Under the pieces are notes generated by a model, which saw only the letters and a program-made list of their open reading frames with translations, had not been told where the DNA came from and did not search any database. A stretch of 63,992 nucleotides of DNA, the filler included, from an uncultured Acidimicrobiia bacterium (lineage in GTDB: Bacteria; Actinomycetota; Acidimicrobiia; Spongiisociales; JAOTWH01), in assembly GCA_964347285.1 (NCBI GenBank). It is 5 parts of 5 records of this genome, joined end to end, with 100 filler letters (N's around TTAATTAATTAA, not from the genome) between each part and the next. Parts side by side here need not be neighbours in the genome. Positions count along the whole stretch, not along the records: positions 1 to 13,120 come from CAYFYE010000069.1; positions 13,221 to 26,251 come from CAYFYE010000070.1; 3 more parts are not named here. One strand, 5' to 3'. Every line of letters begins with the position of its first letter. The stretch's first letter is position 1. Shown here piece by piece: positions 9,346-17,828 of this stretch. The position numbers were made by a program, and so were the translations under genes.

Positions 9346-9966
9346 TCACGTCCGCTCGCCGGCGCGCACCGCCACTGCGAGGCGATTCTCTGGAGGCGCC
9401 AGCGGGCACGACCATCTCGGGTTGTGAGCGCACGACGGGTTGTAGGCGTAGTTGAAGTCCAGGATGACGGTGTTCCCACTGTGGCCGAGGTCGGCACCTT
9501 TGGCCGTGTCGAGCAGATGGCGACCGCCCACGTAGGTCTCCTCGCCGTTGCTGGCGTCGCGGAACGGTAAGAACACTCCCTCCCCGTATCCTTCGAGCCG
9601 GAAGAGCGTCAGCATCAACGCCTCCCCGCCCACGAAGAACCGGGCCCGGGCGAACCGGCGAGCTGCCGTTGAGCCGACCGAACTGCGCTCCAGCTCGGTG
9701 ATCCCGGCATCGATCTCTTCGAGAGTGACTTCGAAGCGCCAGGCGGGGTCGTAGGGGAAGTAGCTCAGTCCGCGGAAGCCGACTTTCTGTGCGGCGTCCA
9801 GGGCGCTTTGGGGGTGGTGGGCGAAGACCCGATCCCGCTCGTCTCGCCACTGCTGCCAGGGTGCTTCGCCGGGTCCTCCTCCCCGGACCCGCCGGTACAG
9901 GTCGTGGATGCGGCGTCGGTAGTCCCACAGGTCGAGGGTGTCGCTGGGCTCGGTCACAAGACCCAT
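9346..9966 (-). CDS. DUF1684 family protein
   Basis: YFPYDP, FLPFRDASNGEETY.GGR and LDFNYAYNPSCAHNPRWSCPLAPPENRL. Confidence 0.9.
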   Translation of the reverse strand: MGLVTEPSDTLDLWDYRRRIHDLYRRVRGGGPGEAPWQQWRDERDRVFAHHPQSALDAAQKVGFRGLSYFPYDPAWRFEVTLEEIDAGITELERSSVGSTAARRFARARFFVGGEALMLTLFRLEGYGEGVFLPFRDASNGEETYVGGRHLLDTAKGADLGHSGNTVILDFNYAYNPSCAHNPRWSCPLAPPENRLAVAVRAGERT

Positions 9967-10067
9967 TCTCCCTCAACGGCCGAGGAGGAGTGCCGGATGG
10001 GAAGCCCGCCCGGCCGGGGTGGGGAGAAAGAGTCTGTCGGATACCTGTCATTCCCGGCCCGTTGACC

Positions 10068-10093
10068 GGAACAGGGGCCGAGGCGATGACGTT
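10068..10093 (+). promoter_or_regulatory. Putative ECF (SigR/SigH-type) promoter
   Basis: GGAAC-N18-GTT, 38 nt upstream of the DUF3179 start. Confidence 0.5.
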
Positions 10094-10131
10094 TCCCCCA
10101 ACGGACACAGTTTCCTGCCAGTGGATCGGTC

Positions 10132-11394
10132 ATGCCACAGCTCCGTCATCTCGCCGCCCTCGCCGCCCTGGCCGTCGTGGGCTCGGCCTGCGGGGGAGCC
10201 GCCCTCGATGAAGCCCCCTCGACGGTGACCGAGGACACCGAGAGCACGACGAGCTCCGCCGCCGCGCCGACCGCCGCCGCCGATGAGGGTGCCGGCCCTG
10301 CCGAGGGCGGAGCCGTGGAGAGCGTGCTGCCGTTCGGGCCCTCGGCGCTCGACGACATGTTCAACGAGGAATTCCCCGAGCCGCTGGTGGACCCGGCTCA
10401 GATCCTTTCTGGGGGTCCGCCCCCCGACGGAATCCCCTCCATCGACGATCCCCAATTCGTGACGATCGCCGAGGCCGATGCCTACCTGACGCCCGGCGAG
10501 CCGGTCGTCTCTTTGGAGATCGACGGCGACGCCCGCGCCTATCCGGTCCAGATCCTGATCTGGCACGAAATCGTCAACGACACCGTGGGCGGCGTGTCGG
10601 TTTCGGTGACCTACTGCCCGCTGTGCAATTCGGCGGTCACGTACGTGCGCGAGGTGCGCGGCGTAGAGACCACCTTCGGCACGTCGGGGCGTCTGTTCGC
10701 CTCGGCGCTGGTCATGTACGACCGGGCCACGGAGTCGCTCTGGACTCACTTCGACGGCCGGGCGGTGGTCGGCGTCCTCGCCGGGGACCATCTGGAGCCG
10801 ATCGGCTCTCCGCTGGTGGCGTGGGGCGATTTCAAGGACACCTATCCGGACGGCCAGGTTCTCGACCGGGATCGGACCGGCCACGTCCGCGACTACGGGC
10901 GGAATCCCTATCGCGGCTACGACGACGAAGATGCCGTTCCGTTCCTCTTCCGGGGCGCCCTGGACGAGCGGGCCCGCGCCATGCAACGAGTGGTCGGCGT
11001 CGTCATCGACGGTGCCGCTCGGGCCTGGACCCTCGACGCGATCAGCGGTGGACGGGCTGCGGCCACCAACACCGAATTGGGAGGACAATCCCTGGTGATC
11101 CTGTGGAAGGCGGGCCAATCGACGGCCCTGGAGGGCTCCGAGGTGGATGCGGGGCGCGACGTCGGTTCGGTGGGGGTGTTCGTGCCTGAGGTCGACGGCC
11201 GAGAACTCACGTTTGTCGCCGAGGGGTCCGGCCTCGTCGACGAGGAGACCGGGTCGACGTGGGACGTGCTCGGTACCGCAGTCAGCGGGCCGCTGGCCGG
11301 ATCCAAGCTGGAGCGTGTGCCCCACCTGGATACGTTCTGGTTCGCCTGGTCCACCTACCAGCCGGGAACGGACTTCGTCGAGGAGGGGGCCTAA
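10132..11394 (+). CDS. DUF3179 family lipoprotein
   Basis: Lipobox GSAC, Thr/Ala linker, DGIPSID, ARAYP..LIWHEIVND, TYCPLCNS, FGTSGRL and FWFAW. Confidence 0.9.
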   Translation: MPQLRHLAALAALAVVGSACGGAALDEAPSTVTEDTESTTSSAAAPTAAADEGAGPAEGGAVESVLPFGPSALDDMFNEEFPEPLVDPAQILSGGPPPDGIPSIDDPQFVTIAEADAYLTPGEPVVSLEIDGDARAYPVQILIWHEIVNDTVGGVSVSVTYCPLCNSAVTYVREVRGVETTFGTSGRLFASALVMYDRATESLWTHFDGRAVVGVLAGDHLEPIGSPLVAWGDFKDTYPDGQVLDRDRTGHVRDYGRNPYRGYDDEDAVPFLFRGALDERARAMQRVVGVVIDGAARAWTLDAISGGRAAATNTELGGQSLVILWKAGQSTALEGSEVDAGRDVGSVGVFVPEVDGRELTFVAEGSGLVDEETGSTWDVLGTAVSGPLAGSKLERVPHLDTFWFAWSTYQPGTDFVEEGA

Positions 11395-11408
11395 GGGGCC
11401 CGCCCGTT

Positions 11409-11807
11409 TCAATCGGGGAGGGCCGCCAAAGCCCGCTCCAGCGACTGCCTGGCCTGCGCGGCCACGGTCTGGAGTGACGGATTGGAAGTCAGCTCGACCA
11501 TCGTCAGCGGTTCGGCGGCGGCCACGACGGTGCGGCCCCCCGACTCGTACACGATCACATTGCAGGGGAGCAGGATCCCGATGTCCTCTTCGGCCTCGAT
11601 CGCCTGATGGGCCAGGTTCGGGTTGCAGGCCCCCAGAATCCGGTACGGGGCGCGCTCGATGCCGAGCTTGTCTTTGAGGGTGGCGGCCACGTCGATTTCG
11701 GTGAGGATGCCAAATCCTTCTTCGGCGAGGGCGGCCCGCATCACGGATTCGGCGTCGCTCGGTGACAGGTGGGTGCTGGTGGCCATTCCATAGCGACCTT
11801 CGGTCAT
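11409..11807 (-). CDS. DUF302 family protein
   Basis: GFGILTEID, YRILGACNP and GILLPCNV; GGGAG RBS. Confidence 0.9.
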   Translation of the reverse strand: MTEGRYGMATSTHLSPSDAESVMRAALAEEGFGILTEIDVAATLKDKLGIERAPYRILGACNPNLAHQAIEAEEDIGILLPCNVIVYESGGRTVVAAAEPLTMVELTSNPSLQTVAAQARQSLERALAALPD

Positions 11808-11937
11808 GGTGATCTCCCTGGTCTCTTAGGGGCAACGCTATACGCTCGCGGCGACCTCGAGAGCATGGCCGGGCTGCTCGGCCGTCGTAGCGGCACGGCC
11901 AACTAGATTCGGCATCCGTCCTCCCCGGCCGGTGTGC

Positions 11938-12465
11938 ATGCGTCTCAGCGTCTTGACCATGTTTGTGGCGGTGTGGTTGGCCGCCTGTACGAGCGGTGTC
12001 CCTCAGGAGGAGTTCGACGAAGTCGAAGCCCAGCGGGACGCGGCTCGGGCCCAGGTCGCCGCCCTGGAAGCGATTGCAGACTCGGGCGCGGCCGCCGAAG
12101 CTCGCCGGGCGCTGGCCGACTACGAGCGGGCGATGGATCCGGTCGACAGCGCCGCCCTCGCCTTTGTCTATGCCGAGGACGTGGCGTTTCGGGATACCGC
12201 TCGAGGAGTGAACATCGGCGGCCGGGCCGAGGTGATCGCCGATCTGATAACCAGGCTCGGGCGCTGGGGGATCGATCGTCAGGCGACGAGGGCGGCGGTC
12301 GTGGGCGAGGAGGGCATCGTGATGGTCGAGTGGACGCTCATCGGCACCACACCGACGACTGGCGAAAGCTGGTCGTTCGACGGGGTCTCCGTGGTGGAGG
12401 TTCGCAGCGGCCTGGTGGCCGGGGAGACCCTGTACTACGACCTGGCCTCGGCCCCGTGGGGGTGA
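11938..12465 (+). CDS. Lipoprotein with NTF2/SnoaL-like domain
   Basis: Lipobox LAAC, short coiled coil, YAEDVAFRD and GVSVVEVRSG...YYD. Confidence 0.75.
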   Translation: MRLSVLTMFVAVWLAACTSGVPQEEFDEVEAQRDAARAQVAALEAIADSGAAAEARRALADYERAMDPVDSAALAFVYAEDVAFRDTARGVNIGGRAEVIADLITRLGRWGIDRQATRAAVVGEEGIVMVEWTLIGTTPTTGESWSFDGVSVVEVRSGLVAGETLYYDLASAPWG

Positions 12466-12466
12466 A

Positions 12467-13120
12467 TCAGGCTTCACAGAGGCGGATGAGGGCCCGGGCG
12501 TCCTGTGGTGCCGCACCGGCGGCATCATTGTTGAAGTAGCAGTAGGCATCGCCGGTCTCCCATGCCGAGAGCGTGGCGGCCAGCGCTTCGAGATCTCGGC
12601 TCTCGTAGTGGCCGGAGTAGCGCCCTCCGGAGCCGTGGCGACGCACGTACAGAAAAGGGGCGGTCTCCCAGGCGGGCGACTCGGCGCCAGGGAAGTCGCT
12701 CCTCACCAACCCGGCCCGGTGGTGCCGAAGGGTTTCCTCGACCTCGGGGACGAACCACCGGGGGTCGCGCGGCTCGACGGCCACTTCCAGGCCCTTGGGG
12801 CAGGACGCCAGGAAAGCGGACAGGCGATCGGCATCGGGTGGGAATGAACCGGGGAGCTGCACCAGGAGGGGGCCCCGTCGGTCACCGAGCGGCTCGAGGG
12901 AGCCGAGGAGACGTTCCAGGCCCCGTCCGGCGTCGAGCAGCCGCTTGGTGTGGGTGAGGTAGCGGGAGCACTTGACGGCGAAGCGGAAGCCTGCGGGGAC
13001 GGACGCGGCCCAGTTGGCGAACACCTCAGGTTTCTGGAGGCGATAGAAGGTTGCGTTGATCTCGACCGTCGAGAATCGGTCGGCGTAGTAGGCGAGCCAG
13101 GACCGCTGGGGCACGTCGGG
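12467..13120 (-). CDS. DUF72 family protein (5' truncated at contig end)
   Basis: FSTVEINATFY, FAVK, LTH.KRL, LLVQLP, YVRRHG and YFNND. Confidence 0.9.
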   Translation of the reverse strand, partial: PDVPQRSWLAYYADRFSTVEINATFYRLQKPEVFANWAASVPAGFRFAVKCSRYLTHTKRLLDAGRGLERLLGSLEPLGDRRGPLLVQLPGSFPPDADRLSAFLASCPKGLEVAVEPRDPRWFVPEVEETLRHHRAGLVRSDFPGAESPAWETAPFLYVRRHGSGGRYSGHYESRDLEALAATLSAWETGDAYCYFNNDAAGAAPQDARALIRLCEA

Positions 13121-13220
13121 NNNNNNNNNNNNNNNNNNNNNNNNNNNNNNNNNNNNNNNNNNNNTTAATTAATTAANNNNNNNNNNNNNNNNNNNNNNNN
13201 NNNNNNNNNNNNNNNNNNNN
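13121..13220. other. Artificial contig linker
   Basis: N-run + TTAATTAATTAA (stops in all frames) + N-run. Confidence 0.97.
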
Positions 13221-14080
13221 ATCGCGCCCGCTTCGATCATCTCTCGGAGCTCATCCAACGCCTCCGCGCTCTCGGGAGCGACGCCGCCGATCACCCGCTT
13301 GCCGCCCCGGCGGGCGGTCCAGAACGCTTGTACGAACTGCAACGGCGTAGTGATTAGAACGACCAGCGCTCCGGTGGGGGTGAGCGATCCCTTGCAGTCG
13401 GCGAAGGTCAGCGTGCCAGGCGTGTCGAGGATGACGTCGTAGGTCTCGCTGTTCTTCGTGAAGTCTTCAGCCGTGTAGTCGATCACAGCGTCCGCCCCGA
13501 GCGACCGGACGAGGTCGAGGTCGTCGGTCCTGCAGACGCCGGTCACCTCGGCGCCGAAGTGCTTCGCAAGCTGAACAGCGAAGATGCCGACGGCGCCCGC
13601 TGCTCCGTTGATCAGCACCTTCTTGCCCGGCCCCACCCCGGCCTTGCGGAGGAAGTGCAGCGCGCCGAGCGCACCATGGGGCACGGCGGCCGCCTCATCC
13701 CAACTCATGTTCGCCGGCTTCCGCGTCACGGCCCCGTCTTGGGACATCCGTTTGTACTCGGCGTGGCAGCCGTTGACGTCGTAGCCGTAGACCTCGTCGC
13801 CTGGGCTGAACCTCGTCACGTTGCTGCCGACGGCCTCGATCTCGCCGGAGAACTCGACGCCCAAGACCGGATCCTTCGGACGGAAGACGCCTTTCTCAAT
13901 GCGGAACGGGATCCAGTAGACCGCCGGAACCCGGAACGCGCGCAAGCGGACGTCCCCCGCCGAGATTGTCGTCGCATGGACCCGGATCAGAATCTCGCCA
14001 TCCTCGGGCGCGGGCTTCGGGATCTCCCGCACCTCGACGACCTCAGGGGAACCGTATCTCTCGGCAACGGCTGCCCTCAC
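13221..14080 (-). CDS. NAD(P)-dependent MDR oxidoreductase (quinone reductase / Zn-independent ADH-like), 3' truncated
   Basis: YGSPEV, GVEFSGEIEAVG, VLINGAAGAVG and GADAVIDY; AGGAG RBS before the GTG at 14080. Confidence 0.88.
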
Positions 14081-14457
14081 GAGAACTCCTCGATGCGCTG
14101 GTAACCCTGGTGGCGACCGGCTGTAGGAATGCAACTTCCAACAGGCTCGCGAACGCGAGGCTTTCGGTCTAGAGCCGTACGTCACAAGTTGCACGCCTCA
14201 GGTCTCACGTCACAGGTCACGAGGTGCTGGCATTGCAGCTTGTCCGCACCGGAGACTCGGGAACCTCACCACTCAGGTCCGCCGAGTGCTCGAGATCGGC
14301 AGATGGCAGGCGCCGATCTGTGCGGTGCAGCAGGGTCACGTGCCCCCGTGTTGGTGCGCCCGCAGTGGACGTTCGGCTGAGCGCGCTCCCGTCGGGACCT
14401 TGGTCCCTGGTCGGAGGCGCATGCGGCGCCGATGATGAGGGCGAGGTAGAAGGAGTC

Positions 14458-14699
14458 ATGGTTGGGCGCCCCTCGATCCTTATCGCTATCGGTGCGTTGG
14501 GGGTGGGACTGACGGGATGTGGGGGTGGAGCGCCGGATACGGGGGAGGCAACAGCCGCTGGATTCCGGGGGGTCCCGAAGACCTCGAAGGCTGCGAGGCC
14601 ATCTTCGACGTCGAGGAGAGCAGTGGCACTTCGCTACCCGTGACAGGAGGGTTCGACTACGTCGGGGCCGGAACCCTGAGCTGCATACTTGCTCCTTGA
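14458..14699 (+). pseudogene. Frameshifted, truncated lipoprotein remnant
   Basis: GAAGGAG RBS and signal MVGRPSILIAIGALGVGLTGC; protein-like text continues in another frame (PEDLEGCEAIFDVEESSG) near a G6 run at about 14567. Confidence 0.4.
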
Positions 14700-15035
14700 A
14701 GGCAACGACCCCCGGAACAACAGCCCGCCCATATCGGCATCCCTGAGCGCTCGCCACTCGAGGTCATCTAGAAACATTCGCTAAACCCTCGCCCACACCG
14801 TGAGAGCCTGGCTTGGCTTTCGCGCTCTCCCTCACCGGAACTTCTGGAGGCTACGCTCCCGTAGGGGGACTATCCCCGGCCTGAAGCCGGGTGGGTTCTC
14901 CCGCGATCGGGCCGTTGCGGCACGGAGGGAACCGATCGGGGTCGATCCCCGACATGGTGCCCTGGCTTGCTCACTGTGCCGAGCCGCAACTGGGCCCCGA
15001 GCCTGCGCAAGCATGGCTACCTGGGAGGGCAACCC

Positions 15036-15785
15036 GTGAGAGGTTCAGGTACCAAGAATTCGATTGACCGCAGGGCGAGACAGCGTTGCCAGGGGCTTGG
15101 GGCTTTCCTCATACTGACATCGTTCATGGTGCCCTTGGCCATCGCCTGCGGAGACGAGGACGAGACCGCAGTGACCGAGGAGCCCGTGGAACGGGTGCAG
15201 CTAGTGCCGCCTCGACACCAGAGCGATACGTCCGTGGAGGAGGCGCTGCTCAACCGGCGATCCGTGCGTGATTACACCGGTGAGGCTCTCACCCTGGCAG
15301 AGGTATCACAACTCCTGTGGGCAGCGCAGGGCACCACCGACCGCAAGGGCTTCAGGACGGCACCTTCGGCAGGAGCGCTCTACCCACTCGAGGTCTACCT
15401 GGTCGTCGGCGACGTAACCGGACTCTCGCCCGGCGTGTACAGGTATGTATCAGACGAGCACGAAATCTTGCGTGTCGCTCCGGGGGACCGCCGCGACGAG
15501 CTGGCAAGAGCTGCGGTTGACCAGGAGTGGGTGGAGGAGGCAGCCGTCGATCTGGTGTTCACGGCCGTCCCGGAGCGGACCACCACCAAGTATGGGGATC
15601 GGGGCATCAGATACGTCCATATGGAGGCCGGCCATGCGGCGCAAAACGTCTACCTGCAGGCGGGAACCCTGGGTCTCGGCGTCACCGTCATCGGGGCATT
15701 TGACGATGATGACGTCCACGAGATAGTCGCCGCGCCGGCCGAAGAGGAGCCGCTGCTGGTCATCTCCGTGGGGAGAAAGGCATAA
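15036..15785 (+). CDS. SagB/ThcOx-type FMN nitroreductase with N-terminal (lipo)signal
   Basis: RRSVRDY, LLWAAQG, RTAPSAGALYPLEVY, MEAGHAAQNVYL and IGAFDD; hydrophobic stretch ending LAIAC. Confidence 0.88.
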   Translation: MRGSGTKNSIDRRARQRCQGLGAFLILTSFMVPLAIACGDEDETAVTEEPVERVQLVPPRHQSDTSVEEALLNRRSVRDYTGEALTLAEVSQLLWAAQGTTDRKGFRTAPSAGALYPLEVYLVVGDVTGLSPGVYRYVSDEHEILRVAPGDRRDELARAAVDQEWVEEAAVDLVFTAVPERTTTKYGDRGIRYVHMEAGHAAQNVYLQAGTLGLGVTVIGAFDDDDVHEIVAAPAEEEPLLVISVGRKA

Positions 15786-15788
15786 TCC

Positions 15789-16709
15789 ATGCGGCCGGCT
15801 CGGCGCCGGATGGACCTCAAGACGTACCTGCTCGCCTCTCTGGGTGCGCTGACAGTCATCGCCATCCACGTCCACGGCGTCGGCAACGTGTTGCCCCAAA
15901 CCCTGATCGCCATCACCACCTCCTGCCTGCTGGATGTGGTGCTGCGATCTGTCATGGCTGGCGTTCCGAGGTTTCCGACCAGCGCACTCATTTCCGCCTT
16001 GATCATCGCTCTTCTCCTGCCCGAAGGTCAGCCGTGGTACATACCGCTGGCGGCTGCCTCGCTCGCAATCGGTTCCAAGCACCTGTTGAGATGGCGAGGC
16101 GGCAACCTCTTCAACCCCGCCGCCGTCGGGATTGCGGCCTCCGTGTTTCTCTTCTCCAGTCAACTCCAGTACGGCCACGCCAGCTACTTGGAGGCAGCGC
16201 CGAGGATCTACTACGCCCAGTCGCGGCTGCGCATGGAGGGCTGGTCCTTCGTGCTGCAAGGTGGCCATGGCTGGACGGGGTCGACGTCGGCGATCGCGGT
16301 GGTGATCCTCGGTGCCGTCTTGGTGTACAGGCTGAGGCGGATCGAGCTGGTCACCAGTTATCTGGTCACCTACGTTGTGATCGTTTCGGGTTTCGGCGTT
16401 CTCACCGGACAGGATCTGGCGGTGAGGCTCCCCCTCGAGGTCTTTGCCACCGGGGTCCCCTTCTTCGCCTTCTTCATGCTCACCGACCCGGCCACCTCGC
16501 CCAGGACCTCTCGGGGCTTGACGATCTACGGGGGATTCACCGCGCTGCTGTCGTTCCTGTTTCGCCTGATCGCCAGCCCGGTTCTGTTCTTGTTGTTGGC
16601 CGTCCTCGCCGCCAATCTCGTTCTGAGCATCGGGAAGGAGCAATCGCGAATGGTTTCGCTCCATCCCGCCGACGTCTCGCTTGCGGTCGACTCACGCCGA
16701 CGCCCCTGA
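15789..16709 (+). CDS. RnfD/NqrB-like integral membrane protein (solitary)
   Basis: IGSKH, FNPAAVG and FFAFFMLTDPATSP; about 9-10 hydrophobic segments. Confidence 0.82.
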   Translation: MRPARRRMDLKTYLLASLGALTVIAIHVHGVGNVLPQTLIAITTSCLLDVVLRSVMAGVPRFPTSALISALIIALLLPEGQPWYIPLAAASLAIGSKHLLRWRGGNLFNPAAVGIAASVFLFSSQLQYGHASYLEAAPRIYYAQSRLRMEGWSFVLQGGHGWTGSTSAIAVVILGAVLVYRLRRIELVTSYLVTYVVIVSGFGVLTGQDLAVRLPLEVFATGVPFFAFFMLTDPATSPRTSRGLTIYGGFTALLSFLFRLIASPVLFLLLAVLAANLVLSIGKEQSRMVSLHPADVSLAVDSRRRP

Positions 16710-17164
16710 CCGCCGACTTGGCCGATCTTCTGCTTGGGGGCAAGCCGGCGGCGTGCGGGGGACAACGCCCGCTCATACCCACGGTTTGAAGTGATTACAC
16801 ACACCCGACGCAGCCGTCCATAGCAGCATCCCGGCGCGGGAAGGTTCCTCGTGGCGAGGAGCCACACCTCCAGCCAGGCACCGTGGGCACGGCCAGAACC
16901 GTATCGATTAGGCGGCGCGGCGACGCCGGCGCGGCACCCGTGCCCCGGCCGGAGCGTGACTCGGAGCAGCAGGTGCAATGCTCGGAGCAGGCCGGCGCGA
17001 GCCGACCTCCGGGTGCCAGCCGACCCGACTCGGTCGGCTCCAGTCCCCGGTAACGCCCATGAGGTGCAACGAGAAGGCGGGCCATTGGTCTCTAGAGAAG
17101 GCGGTGGGTTGAGCGAATGATCATGGGAGAGGCCTCTCTCGGGAGGTGCACTGCGTCGATAGGC

Positions 17165-17505
17165 ATGCGCAGCACAACGCTGGTCACCCTCGTAGCCGTT
17201 TCGCTTCTCCTGGTTGCTTGCAGCGACGTCGTGCGATTGCCGGACTGTATCGACTGTCGACCGGTGGAGATGGCGATCGACAAAACCCTCGAGATCGAAC
17301 TCGGCACGGACCGGTCGGTGACCAACGACCCGGACGCATACGCCTGGGTCGTTACCGAGACCGGAACGATTCGAGATACATGGTCTACCGATTCGAGCCC
17401 ACAGAGGTCGGCACGACGCAGATGCAATTCGAGCTGCGCCCTACGGGCGAACCCGAAGGCCAACCCGGCAACACGCTCGACATCACCGTGATCGTCAGCG
17501 AGTGA
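17165..17505 (+). pseudogene. Frameshifted lipoprotein, possibly chagasin/I42-like beta-sandwich
   Basis: Lipobox LVAC and LEIEL...YAWVV in one frame; YRFEPTEVGTTQMQFEL...LDITVIVSE in another; break near 17370. Confidence 0.5.
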
Positions 17506-17828
17506 TCCGGATGGGGGCCCGGGCGGCGAGGCCAGAGCCATGCCTGCACCGGTGCCTGCTTCGCTCCACCGCACTGCCAAGGGTGCACCCTGGCCCACGC
17601 CGGGTTGAGGACGGGAGGTCGCGAAAACCTGGGAGCCACGGGCGTCTCGCTCGAGGGTGTCGGCCCACCTTCGAGGTTGCCAGGGGGACGTGTCCGCATT
17701 GTGACCTTCGGCACTGGCGACGCGCCCCGGGCTGCCAGACAATGCGTCATAGAAGCTTTGCGACCTCGCCTTCTCCCTGTTGTTGGAGCCGTTCTCGCCC
17801 GACCGGCACCGAGCTCGACGGAGGATTC

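Noticed and set aside
10048..12549. 833-aa minus-strand ORF and similar long ORFs (17385-19697 -, 21907-24171 +, 31203-32672 -, 52519-53922 +)
   Set aside because: Antisense shadows of real high-GC genes with no recognisable motifs.
14870..14960. Hairpins (CCCGGC-ctgaa-GCCGGG and others) resembling IS200/IS605 ends
   Set aside because: Short stems are common at this GC content, and no tnpA/tnpB is nearby.
15036..15785. Azole-RiPP (TOMM) biosynthetic cluster
   Set aside because: The SagB-like gene has no YcaO, E1 or precursor peptide nearby.
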